This document shows positions 9,424 to 19,000 of a DNA stretch of 41,375 nucleotides, piece by piece. Under the pieces are notes generated by a model, which was not told where the DNA came from, made no database searches, and was given only the letters and a program-made list of their open reading frames with translations. Source of the DNA: Phycisphaerales bacterium (lineage in GTDB: Bacteria > Planctomycetota > Phycisphaerae > Sedimentisphaerales > Anaerohalosphaeraceae); assembly GCA_011048645.1 (NCBI GenBank), contig DSDR01000172.1, positions 1-41,375 on the forward strand. Direction: 5' to 3'. The position numbers and the translations under genes are program-made. How positions within the stretch are numbered: the first letter of the stretch is position 1; every line of letters starts with the position of its first letter.

Positions 9424-9726
9424 TTACTTTTGAAACTGCGGCAGCTTGTCCAGATATTTTTCCGGGTTGCTGGTAAATTCCGCCTCGCAGCCGGGACAAC
9501 AGAAATAAACCTTCTTGCCCTCATACTCAACAAAGAGAGTCTTGTTAATGGGGGCATCCATCACGGGACAGATCGTCTGTTCAACGGCGTTTTCTGCTGT
9601 TTGAGCCGCCTGATGAGCCATGTGGTCATGTCCGGCATGGTCGTCGTTTTTTTTGCTGCAGCCGACAAACACACCGACGGCAACCATCAGAGTCAATACA
9701 CCAAAAATTTTCATTGCTGTCTTCAT
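9424..9726 (-). CDS. Small lipoprotein with a His/Met-rich linker and a YHS/TRASH-type metal-binding domain; candidate periplasmic metallochaperone
   Basis: The signal plus lipobox is MKTAMKIFGVLTLMVAVGVFVGC. This is followed by HAGHDHMAH, then CPVMDAPINKTLFVEYEGKKVYFCCPGCEAEFTSNPEKYL. The domain is a paralog of the C-terminal tail of the adjacent CusB-like protein. Confidence 0.8.
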   Translation of the reverse strand: MKTAMKIFGVLTLMVAVGVFVGCSKKNDDHAGHDHMAHQAAQTAENAVEQTICPVMDAPINKTLFVEYEGKKVYFCCPGCEAEFTSNPEKYLDKLPQFQK

Positions 9727-9747
9727 TGTCGTATCCTTTCCATAACG

Positions 9748-11478
9748 TTAGGGAACATGATTATGCGTCGGGTCTTGTGTCTGTTCTTTCGTCTGCTCGG
9801 CCTCTGCGAACTGCGGCAATTTGTGCAGGTATTTTTCCGGTTCAGCCAGAAACATCTCCGGACACCCCGGACAACAGAAATACACTGTCTTTCCCTCGTA
9901 TTCAACAAATACGTCTTTGTTGATCGGACCATCCATCACCGGGCACAAAATCTGCTCCCCGTCGGCGCCGGCGTGTTGATGGCCGGCGGGCATCGGTTCG
10001 CTGTCGCGGCTCATCAGGCTGGGACGGCCGCGAAGCTGGAGTTCCGAATCGATCTTGAAATTGCCGCGCGTTACCACCTGTTCGCCTTCCATCAACCCTT
10101 CGCGGACCACATAATAATCGCCTGCCCGCGGGCCAAGGACAATTTCCCTGCCGATATAGGTCGGTCTGTCGGCCCCCTCGACGACCGCGTACACCAATGC
10201 ACGATCGAGCTTGCGTCCGGTCAGCAGCGCCGCCGAAGCGGGAATCACCAGCGGCGCCGGCTCAGGCTCCTGTGCGGCAACATAGCCCAGCGACTCGGCG
10301 GTCTCCAACGGCATGTGACAGATATCGCATTGGCCGGGGGCGTCTTTGACGATCTCGCCGTGCATCGGACAAATCCATTTGCCGGCCAGCAACGGCTCTA
10401 TGACCCGGCCGCCCTCGGCCAGCGACGAAGCGACCACCGCCCGCACCAGCATATCGGGCTTGAGTCGGCCATCGGGATTGTCCACCACCGCACGCACACG
10501 GATGGTTCGCGTCGCGTCGTTGAGCAGCGGGTTGATAAAACTGATGCGCCCCGTAAATACTTCGCCCGGCCAGGCCTCGGTCGTAAATTCCACCGTTTGC
10601 CCGAATCGCAGCCACGTCAAATCGGACTCATAGGCGTCCATCATCACCCACAAACGACTCAAATCGGAAATGGTATATATCGGACTTCCGGTCTGGACAT
10701 ACATCCCTTCGTTGGCTTTTTTCTCGATCACGATGCCGCCCATCGGCGAATAAATAGTCAGATGGTCCAGCGGTTGGCCTTGCTGCTGGATTTTTTCAAC
10801 CTGCGCCTCGGTCAGCCCCAGCAAAAGCAGCTTCTCGCGGGCGGCGGTCAAACTCGAGACCACCGATTGGCGCACCAGCTCGGATACCGCCGGTCCCAAT
10901 CGCTGCTGCGACGCACGCGCTTCAAGAAATTCGGCCTGAGCAGTGATCAAGTCGGGGCTGTAGAGAAAAACCATATGATCGCCGGCATTGACGCGAATTC
11001 CTGTATAATCGACATAAAGCCGGTCGATACGACCCGGAACCCATGCGGTGATGGTTTTGGTGCGTGTCTCATCCAGCGCCAGTTTGCCTACCAGACGAAC
11101 GTCCTTTGTAACAACCTGCCGCACGACCGGACTGGTCTGAACCTGCATCAGCTTGACTATTTCCGGCGAAAACGAAATCACCCGCTCGCCCATCGAATCA
11201 TCCGAATCGTCGTCCAGCGGAATCAGATCCATCCCGCAAATGCGACACTTGCCCGGCTGGGTTTCGCGTATTTGGGGGTGCATCGAACAGGTCCAGATGG
11301 TCTCTGCGGCCGGCTCCTGCGAACTTGCACCTTCCTGAACATCGCTGAGAAGCCCTTTTCCATCAAACCAAAAATAGGCCGCAACGAATCCGGCGGCAAA
11401 ACCAATGACCAGAAACAGGACAAATACGCCCTGTTTAAGTAAATTTATGTGTGTTTTTTTATTCATATCCACAGTCAA
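9748..11478 (-). CDS. cusB: CusB-like RND periplasmic adaptor carrying two heavy-metal-binding (HMBD) Cys motifs and a C-terminal YHS domain
   Basis: Motifs: WTCSMHPQIRETQPGKCRICGMDLIPL near the N-terminus, a second WICPMHGEIVKDAPGQCDICHMPLE inside the adaptor, the adaptor core (DVRLVGKLALDE.., VNAGDHMVFLYSPDL), and the C-terminal AGHQHAG..CPVMDGPINKDVFVEYEGKTVYFCCPGCPEMFLAEPEKYL. The start is ambiguous: TTG 11478, GTG 11472 (GAGG 8 nt upstream) or ATG 11466. Confidence 0.85.
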   Translation of the reverse strand: MTVDMNKKTHINLLKQGVFVLFLVIGFAAGFVAAYFWFDGKGLLSDVQEGASSQEPAAETIWTCSMHPQIRETQPGKCRICGMDLIPLDDDSDDSMGERVISFSPEIVKLMQVQTSPVVRQVVTKDVRLVGKLALDETRTKTITAWVPGRIDRLYVDYTGIRVNAGDHMVFLYSPDLITAQAEFLEARASQQRLGPAVSELVRQSVVSSLTAAREKLLLLGLTEAQVEKIQQQGQPLDHLTIYSPMGGIVIEKKANEGMYVQTGSPIYTISDLSRLWVMMDAYESDLTWLRFGQTVEFTTEAWPGEVFTGRISFINPLLNDATRTIRVRAVVDNPDGRLKPDMLVRAVVASSLAEGGRVIEPLLAGKWICPMHGEIVKDAPGQCDICHMPLETAESLGYVAAQEPEPAPLVIPASAALLTGRKLDRALVYAVVEGADRPTYIGREIVLGPRAGDYYVVREGLMEGEQVVTRGNFKIDSELQLRGRPSLMSRDSEPMPAGHQHAGADGEQILCPVMDGPINKDVFVEYEGKTVYFCCPGCPEMFLAEPEKYLHKLPQFAEAEQTKEQTQDPTHNHVP

Positions 11479-11504
11479 CGCCTCAGTTTTATTTCATATC
11501 TTTC

Positions 11505-11519
11505 CTACTACAATAGTAG
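11505..11519. promoter_or_regulatory. Inverted TAGTAG hexamers (CTACTA-caa-TAGTAG) in the 68-nt cusC-cusB spacer
   Basis: Read directly. It shares TTCCTACT and the upstream block TTTTATTTCATA with the palindrome at 12866-12881. Confidence 0.4.
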
Positions 11520-11546
11520 TGTATATGTTTGAAAAAAACTTGCTGT

Positions 11547-12836
11547 TTATTCCTTTTCAGGCGCGGCAGGCAGTTGCCCTCCCACCAGCGCCTCCAGACG
11601 AGCCAGGCTTTTCAGGTGATTGGCCAGCGTCCGCTCGAAGGTCAACTCAAACGTCAATAATTTTCGCTGGGCATCAATCAAAGTCAGAAAGTCGATGGCG
11701 CCGGTCCGGTACGCCTGCTCTGACACCTCCAGCATTTCTTTGGCTTTGGGAATCAGCACGTCCTGGTAGAGTCTGACCTTACGGCGGCTGTCCTCTGCGG
11801 CAAACATCAGTTCCGATGCCTGAGAGGCCAAATCGCTTTGCATCTGTGTCTTGGTCTGAAGGGTCTTCATCGCCTGTGATTGCGCTTGCTGCACGCCGGC
11901 GCTGTAACTGTCCGTCCACAGCGGCAGGTTTAGCGTAACCATTGCAATCACGGGGTCGCGCCCGCTGCCGGGAGTATTCGGCATTCGCGACGAGTCTGTC
12001 TGAATCCAGTCGATGCCCAGCGTAACATCTGGCCAATAACGCTTTTGCGCCAATTCGGCGCGGCTCCGAGCGGCGGCAATCTCAAAGCTCATCGCCGACA
12101 ATTCGGGGTTGGCATCGACCAGCAAAGCAATGACCTGAGCCTCGTCAAGTTCTTCGGTTGGCAATGCTTCCTGCTTTGGCCAGGGCAAATCCATTTCCGG
12201 CGGTTGGTTCAGTACGGCATTGACCATGGCGACCACGGGCTTTTTCTTTCGCTTCAGCGTGAGGTATTCATCTTCAAACATCGCCAATTCGATCTGTGCG
12301 CGAACGATATCCGGATGGCTTGCCGCCGCTGTGCGATAACGGGCTTGAGCGACCTGCTCCAGATGCTTGAGCAGCTCAAGATTGTTCTCGGCGATTTCCA
12401 CGGCCTGCGCCAAATAAGCAAACTCAAAATAGGCCGCCTTTGTCTTTGAAATCACCTCCAGCCGAGCCGCCTCAAAACGCCTGCCGGCCGCTCGCGCCGC
12501 CGCCGCGGCCGCATCCGTCCGCGCTTCGATCTTGCCAAACCAGGGAAACCGCTGCATCAGGCCCAGACGGTGTTTCTGCGGTCCGACTCGTGTTTCAACC
12601 TCTTCGATAAAATACCCGTATGTAAACATCGGATCGTCCAGTGCACGCGCCTGCGGCACCTGGGCCAAAGCCGCCTTGTATTCGGAAAAACGGCTTTGCA
12701 GCCCGGCGTTGTTGGCCATCGCCGCCCGCACATAATCGGTAAGCGTTACAGGAAAATTCGGATCCAATGACTCAGCAGCATGCAGCGGCATTGCCATCAC
12801 AATGACAACGGCTGGGATCAATATCAGTATTTTCAT
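11547..12836 (-). CDS. cusC: TolC/CusC-family outer-membrane efflux protein
   Basis: 429 aa. It has the signal peptide MKILILIPAVVIVMAMPLHAAE and two-repeat OEP-type helical/beta content (LTDYVRAAMANNAGLQ, ARLEVISKTKAAYFEF, IDFLTLIDAQRKLL). It is the first gene of the cus operon. Confidence 0.85.
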   Translation of the reverse strand: MKILILIPAVVIVMAMPLHAAESLDPNFPVTLTDYVRAAMANNAGLQSRFSEYKAALAQVPQARALDDPMFTYGYFIEEVETRVGPQKHRLGLMQRFPWFGKIEARTDAAAAAARAAGRRFEAARLEVISKTKAAYFEFAYLAQAVEIAENNLELLKHLEQVAQARYRTAAASHPDIVRAQIELAMFEDEYLTLKRKKKPVVAMVNAVLNQPPEMDLPWPKQEALPTEELDEAQVIALLVDANPELSAMSFEIAAARSRAELAQKRYWPDVTLGIDWIQTDSSRMPNTPGSGRDPVIAMVTLNLPLWTDSYSAGVQQAQSQAMKTLQTKTQMQSDLASQASELMFAAEDSRRKVRLYQDVLIPKAKEMLEVSEQAYRTGAIDFLTLIDAQRKLLTFELTFERTLANHLKSLARLEALVGGQLPAAPEKE

Positions 12837-12865
12837 GCGTCACCTGCGTAAAAGGTCATCGCTTT

Positions 12866-12881
12866 AGTAGGAATTCCTACT
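12866..12881. promoter_or_regulatory. Perfect 16-bp palindrome AGTAGGAATTCCTACT 30 nt upstream of the cusC start; candidate operator
   Basis: Read directly. It sits in the only intergenic region upstream of the cus operon. Confidence 0.5.
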
Positions 12882-13044
12882 GTATTACTATGAAATAAAA
12901 TTAACAGAACACCGCTGGATGTCAATCAGAAAAAATCTCGAGATACACAGAAACTCCGGCCCACGACACATTTTTTTTCAAAATAGCATAGATCGCCAGA
13001 AGATATTCTCACACACGACTAAATTTTTCCTCTAAAAATACCTC

Positions 13045-13073
13045 TTGACAAGTGACCCTTTTTCGTGTATATA
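13045..13073 (+). promoter_or_regulatory. Sigma70-type promoter for the tRNA gene (TTGACA-17 nt-TATATA)
   Basis: TTGACA lies at 13045-13050 and TATATA at 13068-13073, with an exact 17-nt spacer. The tRNA starts 30 nt downstream. Confidence 0.7.
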
Positions 13074-13102
13074 TACTTCTCCTAATGACTTATGTCATTT
13101 TA

Positions 13103-13176
13103 GGGCGTTTAGCTCAGTTGGCTAGAGCACCAGCTCGACAAGCTGGGGGTCACTGGTTCAAGTCCAGTAACGCCCA
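13103..13176 (+). tRNA. tRNA-Val (anticodon GAC); 3' CCA not encoded
   Basis: Manual cloverleaf: acceptor GGGCGTT/AACGCCC, D arm GCTC-AGTTGGCTA-GAGC, anticodon arm CCAGC-TCGACAA-GCTGG, variable GGGTC, T arm ACTGG-TTCAAGT-CCAGT, discriminator A. It closely resembles E. coli tRNA-Val(GAC). Confidence 0.9.
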
Positions 13177-13615
13177 ATGGGTATTTTTTGTCTTGCTGTA
13201 TGCGCGATTCCTCTCTTTGGGCATATTCATTTTGCGTGTGATGCATAGGTTTTGCGCTGGCTTCGGCCAAGGCTCGACACGTCGTGTTTAAGGGCTCACT
13301 TGAGTTAGGTTTATAACGGGCGACCGACCCGGTCTTTCTGGTTGTTTTCCGAAAGCATCGGGATTGACCAACTGAGAGGCCGTCAGGTATGGGGTGAAGG
13401 TGGTACACAATAACCCGATTGCGGATCGATCAAACGTGTGCGAAACGTTGCCCCCCTGCTGTTGAGCCACGCCCTGCCAAAAAAAGAAAGGTCGGCCACG
13501 GCCTGTCGGCGTATGACCAACCCTTTTCGCGAAAGTTGTGCCCCTCATACCGGACCACATCTGCCGCATTCGATACCGAAAACAGGCGAAAACGCTGTTC
13601 CCGGCGACAGGGCTG

Positions 13616-13915
13616 TTATTGCCCGTTTGTTTGTCGTCGCTGGTCAATTTGAGCCTTGACGGCTCGCATGCCTTTGACGGCGTGTTCCTCGGCGAAACGT
13701 ATCACTTTGTCCATCCCCGCACGCATTGCCGCCGCGCGATCCTGTGAGCTTGTGCCGGATTCACTATTCCAGTGGTTTGACCAGGCAACACGCTCATCGA
13801 TCTTCCTGTCTTTAGGGACCTGTGCAGGCGAAGGCGCCAGCACATACACCGCCGTAATAAACCCTGCGCCATACAGGATTATAGATGTCAACAATTTGGT
13901 TCGCCAATGGCCCAT
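13616..13915 (-). CDS. Hypothetical small membrane-anchored protein (99 aa)
   Basis: I chose the internal ATG at 13913-13915 (MGHWRTKLLTSIILYGAGFITAVYVLAP..), which has GGAGAGG 7 nt upstream. The protein has one N-terminal TM helix. The track ORF extends to 14092 without support. Confidence 0.5.
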   Translation of the reverse strand: MGHWRTKLLTSIILYGAGFITAVYVLAPSPAQVPKDRKIDERVAWSNHWNSESGTSSQDRAAAMRAGMDKVIRFAEEHAVKGMRAVKAQIDQRRQTNGQ

Positions 13916-14116
13916 AGTGTCCTCTCCCGCGGAAAACATCGATTGACTGCCACATACGGAAACGACCGAAATCGTCTCCTTACCTCTAAAACATATATTA
14001 TAAACCCCGACCGGGCAAATCATATGCGCTAAAATCTGTCGTTTCTTTGTATGGGTTGGTTTTGTCGGATAACTAACGCGCGGAATGAACAAAGGAAACA
14101 GGGGATTCAGCAGACG

Positions 14117-14710
14117 TTAGACCGCCAGTTTTCGACCGACGGCCCGGGCGCAGCGTTTTCCGCTGTCATTGAGGGAGGAATCCGGAGTGAGGGCGGCCGT
14201 GCCGATGTAGAGTTTTTTGATCCGTCCGACGCCGAAACATTGTGCGCAGGCCTTCAATACGCCGAAGACGTGACGAAAGGCAACCCGTCCAATGAACGCG
14301 GGACAGGCGCTGGACGTAATCAAAAGCGCCTTTTTACGTCCTTTTTTCAGCCGCATCCTGGGATACGTTCCCCACGGCCAATAGCCATAACAGACCAGCC
14401 GTTCGATAAACCGCTTCATCAGGGCGGTGACACTGTAGAAATTGACCGGCGAGGCAAAGATGTAGGCATCCGCCGCATCGAGTGTATCCAAAATGGCGTC
14501 CATATCGTCCCTCATCACACACCGGCCGCGCTCCGGCCCGGCCGCTTGCGTGCATGCGCGACAGTTGGTGCAAAATTCGATATGCTTGTCAATCAGTAAA
14601 ATTTTCTCGGTTTCAGCGCCGACCTCACGGGCGCCCGCCAGCGCCTCATCGACGGCGGTATCCATTGTCTTTCCTTTTCGATAAGTGCCGACGACGGCAA
14701 CGACTTTCAT
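14117..14710 (-). CDS. Flavodoxin-like fold NAD(P)H-dependent FMN reductase / iron-sulfur flavoprotein family
   Basis: MKVVAVVGTYRKGKTMD.., CTNCRAC.., and DAADAYIFASPVNFYSVTALMKRFIERL are typical of the flavodoxin_2 / FMN_red families. Confidence 0.7.
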   Translation of the reverse strand: MKVVAVVGTYRKGKTMDTAVDEALAGAREVGAETEKILLIDKHIEFCTNCRACTQAAGPERGRCVMRDDMDAILDTLDAADAYIFASPVNFYSVTALMKRFIERLVCYGYWPWGTYPRMRLKKGRKKALLITSSACPAFIGRVAFRHVFGVLKACAQCFGVGRIKKLYIGTAALTPDSSLNDSGKRCARAVGRKLAV

Positions 14711-14725
14711 CGCATCCTTTCTTTG

Positions 14726-15862
14726 TTACTGCACTTTGTCAATCTCGTCCAGCGCGGCTGACAGTTCGCCGCACACCAGCCGAGCCTCATCCACCGTCAG
14801 ATTGTTGTGGAACGGCAGCGCCATCGTCCGCTCGCAGACCGCGTCGGTGATCGGAAAATCGCCCGTTTTGTAACCGAACCGCTCGACCATAAACGGCTGC
14901 AGATGGGCCGGCGGAAAATAATTGCTGACCTGAATCCCGCAGTCAAGCAATTTGTGAATCAGGGCGTTTCGCTGGGCCATCGTGTACCGTTCATCCAAAC
15001 GAATAACATAGACAAACCAGCTCATCCGCGCATCAGCCGGTTCAGTCGGCGTCTTGACCCGTTTTTCACCGGCCAGCAAGGCCGCGTATGTTCGGGCCAC
15101 GGCGGCGCGTTTTTCGATAAATTCTTCCATCCGTGAGAGCTGGACAAGCCCCAGTGCGCAGTTGATATCGCTGAGCCGATAATTGTACCCCATCCGCTCG
15201 TGCGCCAGCCAGCCGCCGCCGCGTCCGCGTCCCTGATTCCGCAAGGAACAGCACAGCTCGGCCAAGCGCTCATCATCGGTAACAATCATCCCGCCTTCGC
15301 CGGTGGTCATCTGCTTATTAGGGTAAAAGGCAAACACGCCGGCATCGCCGAACGTCCCGGCCATTTGCTCGCCCAGCGACGACCCCAACGCCTCACAGCA
15401 ATCCTCAATCACCCTCAATCCGTGCTTTGCGGCGATATCGCAGACTACATCCATCCCGGCCGGGTTGCCGAATACCTCCACCGGCACGATCGCCTTGGTC
15501 TTAGCGGTGATCTTCGCCTCGATTTTCGCCGGATCAAGATTCAGGCTCACCGGGTCAATATCCACAAAGACCGGCGTAGCCCCCGTCATTAAAATAAAAT
15601 TGACTGTCGCGATAAACGTAAACGGCGTAGTAATTACCTCGTCGCCCGGTCCCAATCCCATCGCCTGGGCACAAAGAAACAGCCCGCTGGTGCCGCTGTT
15701 GACAGCAATGGCGTATTTTCGCCCCACATACTCGGCAAATGCCGTCTCAAATTCCGGCAGCTTCGGTCCCAGCGACAGATTCGGACTGCGCAATACCTCA
15801 CACACCGCGTCAATTTCCGCCTCGGTAATATCCGGCCTCGATAAATAGACCCGCATTTCCAT
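14726..15862 (-). CDS. DegT/DnrJ/EryC1/StrS-family PLP-dependent sugar aminotransferase
   Basis: Motifs: RPDITEAEIDAV, LGPKLPEFE.AFAEYVGRKYAIAVNSGTSGL, DEVITTPFTFIAT, FYPNKQMTTGEGGM (Lys motif), NYRLSDI. Confidence 0.9.
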   Translation of the reverse strand: MEMRVYLSRPDITEAEIDAVCEVLRSPNLSLGPKLPEFETAFAEYVGRKYAIAVNSGTSGLFLCAQAMGLGPGDEVITTPFTFIATVNFILMTGATPVFVDIDPVSLNLDPAKIEAKITAKTKAIVPVEVFGNPAGMDVVCDIAAKHGLRVIEDCCEALGSSLGEQMAGTFGDAGVFAFYPNKQMTTGEGGMIVTDDERLAELCCSLRNQGRGRGGGWLAHERMGYNYRLSDINCALGLVQLSRMEEFIEKRAAVARTYAALLAGEKRVKTPTEPADARMSWFVYVIRLDERYTMAQRNALIHKLLDCGIQVSNYFPPAHLQPFMVERFGYKTGDFPITDAVCERTMALPFHNNLTVDEARLVCGELSAALDEIDKVQ

Positions 15863-15967
15863 ACCATTATCCTGCTGAATTTCGGGAACCTAAAAGTATT
15901 TATTATACGTCCCGATTGTTGATTTTCCAGAAGATTTGCAACATTTTTGCAACGTGCCGAAAAAAAC

Positions 15968-16014
15968 GTACCGCCGACTTCCAGCCGTCTTTGCCGGCCG
16001 GATACCGACGGTAC
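15968..16014 (-). terminator. Possible rho-independent terminator after the GH127-like gene
   Basis: On the minus strand, GTACCG...CGGTAC arms enclose a GC-rich interior and are followed by GTTTTTTTCGG (the plus-strand A-run at 15960-15966). The stem is imperfect and the loop long. Confidence 0.35.
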
Positions 16015-16051
16015 TGCAAACGTGCGAAAATGGATAATTCAAGCGGGTTTT

Positions 16052-19000
16052 CTATTCGTCGAATCGCACCTGTAAAACACCGGCAGACCAGCCCCGCTGC
16101 ATCCGAATTTCCAGCCGAACCGCCGTGGTGGTCACCTGCGTAAACGCCGTGCGATTGAACATATTCAGTTCGGTTGCATAGCCGTTGCTGTCGTCAACCG
16201 GTTTCCATTCATCGCCGTCCTTATACAGCAGCCGCCAGGACTGCGGAACCTTGCATTCGCCATGGCCGGTATCGTCCAGCCAATAGACCTCAACGGCTGA
16301 CAACGCGGTCGGCTCGGCAAATTCAAACTGCACCCACTCGGTGGTTCCCTTGCGAGGCCACCAATGATAGAACTCATTGTCTTTGTCGTGCGAGCTTTTC
16401 GGCTCGACGCCGCTGACGACCGACCGCGGACGACCTGTCCCGCGCGAAGCGGTAACGCGGCTTTCCGAGGCGAGTGTCGGGCGCGGCCGGACGAACGCAT
16501 CCTCTTTTCGTGTCGGCAGCCAGACCACCATTTCATTCGGGCCGCGATTACACCACGTTGAATAGGGGATCGCAGTCACATCCACCGACGACGTCACAAT
16601 GCGGTTGTCGCTGTCATCCAGCCCCACTTCGGAGGCGCGGAAAGTCAAGACCTGAACGCCGCCGAGCAAATTCGAACGAAACTCCGTATGGATGGGAGTT
16701 TTCGGATCCACAATCAAATTTCTGACCTGTTCGGTGGGGCTGTCGGCCGCTTCGATACAATACACAATCGGCCCGCGTTCCAGCGCGATGCGATGGCGGT
16801 TTTCGACCACATTTTCATGGGCGACGACCTGGCGCACGTCCATCGGGAAGTTCAGCTCGATGGTATCGCCGGCGTTCCACTGTCGCGTCATCCGCGCGTA
16901 TCCCTTATCCGGCTCAAACGAAACGGCTCGGCCGTTGACCCGTATCGTCGGTTTCTTGTCCAGCGTATCCCTATAGCGATACAAATCGCCCGGCACGGGT
17001 TGATTCATCGCCCAGCCCGGAATGCGAAGCGCCAGCGTGAAGGTTTCGCTCGTTTGGGGGGCGACGGTCAGCTTCACTTGTCCCTCCCAGGGGTATCGGG
17101 TTTGCTGTTCGATCTTGACGCTATTGTCCGCCAGTTGCACCGTGCCCTGCCCGCCGACATACAAATTGACGTAAAGAGCGTTGTTTCTTGTGGCATAAAC
17201 GTAGCCGGGCACGGAGGCCAGAAACCGCGCAATATTGCCCGGACAACAGGCACAGCCGAACCACGCCTGTCGGCGATGCTGGCCGCGGGATTCGAGCGGA
17301 TTGGGATAAAAGAATAACGTCCCGTCCAGCGACACGCCTGAAATCAGGCCGTTGTAGAGCGTCCGTTCCATCACATCGATGTACTTGCCGTCGCCATGCA
17401 GCAAAAACATCCGATGATTCCAATACACATTGCCGATGGCCGCACACGTTTCGGCATACGCACTCATATTCGGCAAGACGTAATTCGGCCCAAATGCCTC
17501 GCCGCTGGAGGTCGCGCCGATGCCGCCGGTGACATACAGCTTTTTGGTGACCATATTGTTCCAAATGCGATCCATCGCCTGAATGTACGCCTGATCGCCG
17601 GTCAGCGCCGCCACATCGGCCATCCCCGAATACATATACGTTGCGCGAACGGCATGGCCGACCGCTTCATCCTGATCGACCACCTTTTTATGCGCCTGAC
17701 TGTATTGACCGTCGTTGGGGCCGCGTGTGTCCAGAAAAAATTTGGCAAGATTCAGATATTTCTCTTCGCCGGTTACACGGTACAGTCGAACCAGCGCCAT
17801 CTCAATAATCTGATGGCCCGGAGCGTCTTCATTTTTACCCGGCCCGAAGGTCTCGCACAGCAATTCAGCGTTCTTGATCGCCACATCCAGCAGCGTCCGC
17901 TTGCCGGTGGCCTGATAATGAGCCACCGCCGCCTCATACAAATGCCCCATATTATACAGCTCATGGCTGAGCCGTTTGACGTAGATCCATCGCCGCGGTC
18001 CGGCCCACTCGTGCGGATTTTCAGGGTTGATCGTACGGGTGGTGTAAAGGTAGCCGTCCGGCTCCTGCGCCGAGGCAACCAAGTCAATGACCTGATCGAG
18101 ATAAGCATCCATTTTCGGATCATATTCGACGGCCAGGCCGTATGCGGCGCCTTCGAGCACCTTGTACGGGTCGGTATCGTCAAACGACAGTCCGGGCGGA
18201 GAACGATCTTCTAACTCTTCGCCGCGAAGCACCTTGGCCGCACGTTCGAAATGATAAAATCGTTTGGTTTCTTCGCATTTCTCAAACGCATGAGGAATCG
18301 TCACGGTCCGGTTGATTTCCACACGCGGCGCCCAGAATTCGTCATCAAAATGGACGTTCGTAAAGTCCACCGGCGAATAGGGGTAATCCCGCTCCAGGCG
18401 GAGCGTTTGTTTTCCGCCGCCTGATGGATTGCGTTTGATGATTCGCACGTCAAAAACGCCGCCTGCATAACTGTTTGGATGTGCCTGAAACCGTATCCTT
18501 ACTTTTTCTTTGCCTTTGGTCAGTTCCTCCGGAATCGGATGCGTTACATCGAAGAATTCATTCGGCTTGTTGCGGTCCAGCACCTGGGTGGCGATTTTTT
18601 CGCCGTCCACCAGAATATCAAAGGTTCTCCGACCGCGTTCCGACCCCCAGTAAGTCGCAATCAAATCCACCGGTTCATCGGGCAATACCTTCATATCAAA
18701 CTCAAACCATCCGTTGTAGGCGTCGCGCCACATTCGCCCGCTGAATGTGCCGACATTGGTTCGTTCGCCAGTCAGATTGTGGTCGCGTTCCGGCTGCATT
18801 TGACCCAGACGCAGCATATCCACACTCATCGCTTCGAGCTGTCGAATACGTTCCTGCTCTGCGGCAAATTCAGCCTGTTTATCGGCCCAGGCCTGCGGCG
18901 TAAAGACATCCATATACACCGTGTAGGGTTCATCGGCGATGGCGTAATGAGGCATCAGTTTCAGCGGCGTTGTCTTCCACCCGTCGGGGCCGCGCTGATA

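Noticed and set aside
13052-13647. ORFs 13052-13291 (+), 13109-13408 (-) and 13288-13647 (-) around and after the tRNA
   Set aside because: They overlap the tRNA gene or lie in a region with no SD-linked start, and their translations look odd and non-protein-like. I also looked there for tmRNA, RNase P, SRP and 6S hallmarks and saw none. The ~440-nt region stays unassigned.
13103-13700. A genomic island or prophage integrated at the tRNA-Val gene
   Set aside because: No integrase gene follows the tRNA. The only downstream match to the tRNA 3' end that I noticed is a 9-mer (gtaacgccc near 29913), which is within chance expectation.
13616-14092. Track ORFs taken at full length: 158 aa here, and the N-terminal extensions at 5732-9307, 21701, 22035, 25700, 29607, 30793, 32061, 34016, 34186, 35090 and 39241
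   Set aside because: The upstream extensions start at TTG or GTG, or at distant ATGs without an SD, and they add non-homologous sequence before clear signal peptides or conserved N-termini. Internal ATGs with AGGAG-like SDs were preferred.
15935-15953. Direct repeat TTTGCAAC-N3-TTTGCAAC as a sigma54 (-24/-12) promoter upstream of the DegT gene
   Set aside because: It lacks the GG of the -24 element (TGGCAC), and its orientation and spacing do not fit the GG-N10-GC rule. It is probably coincidental.
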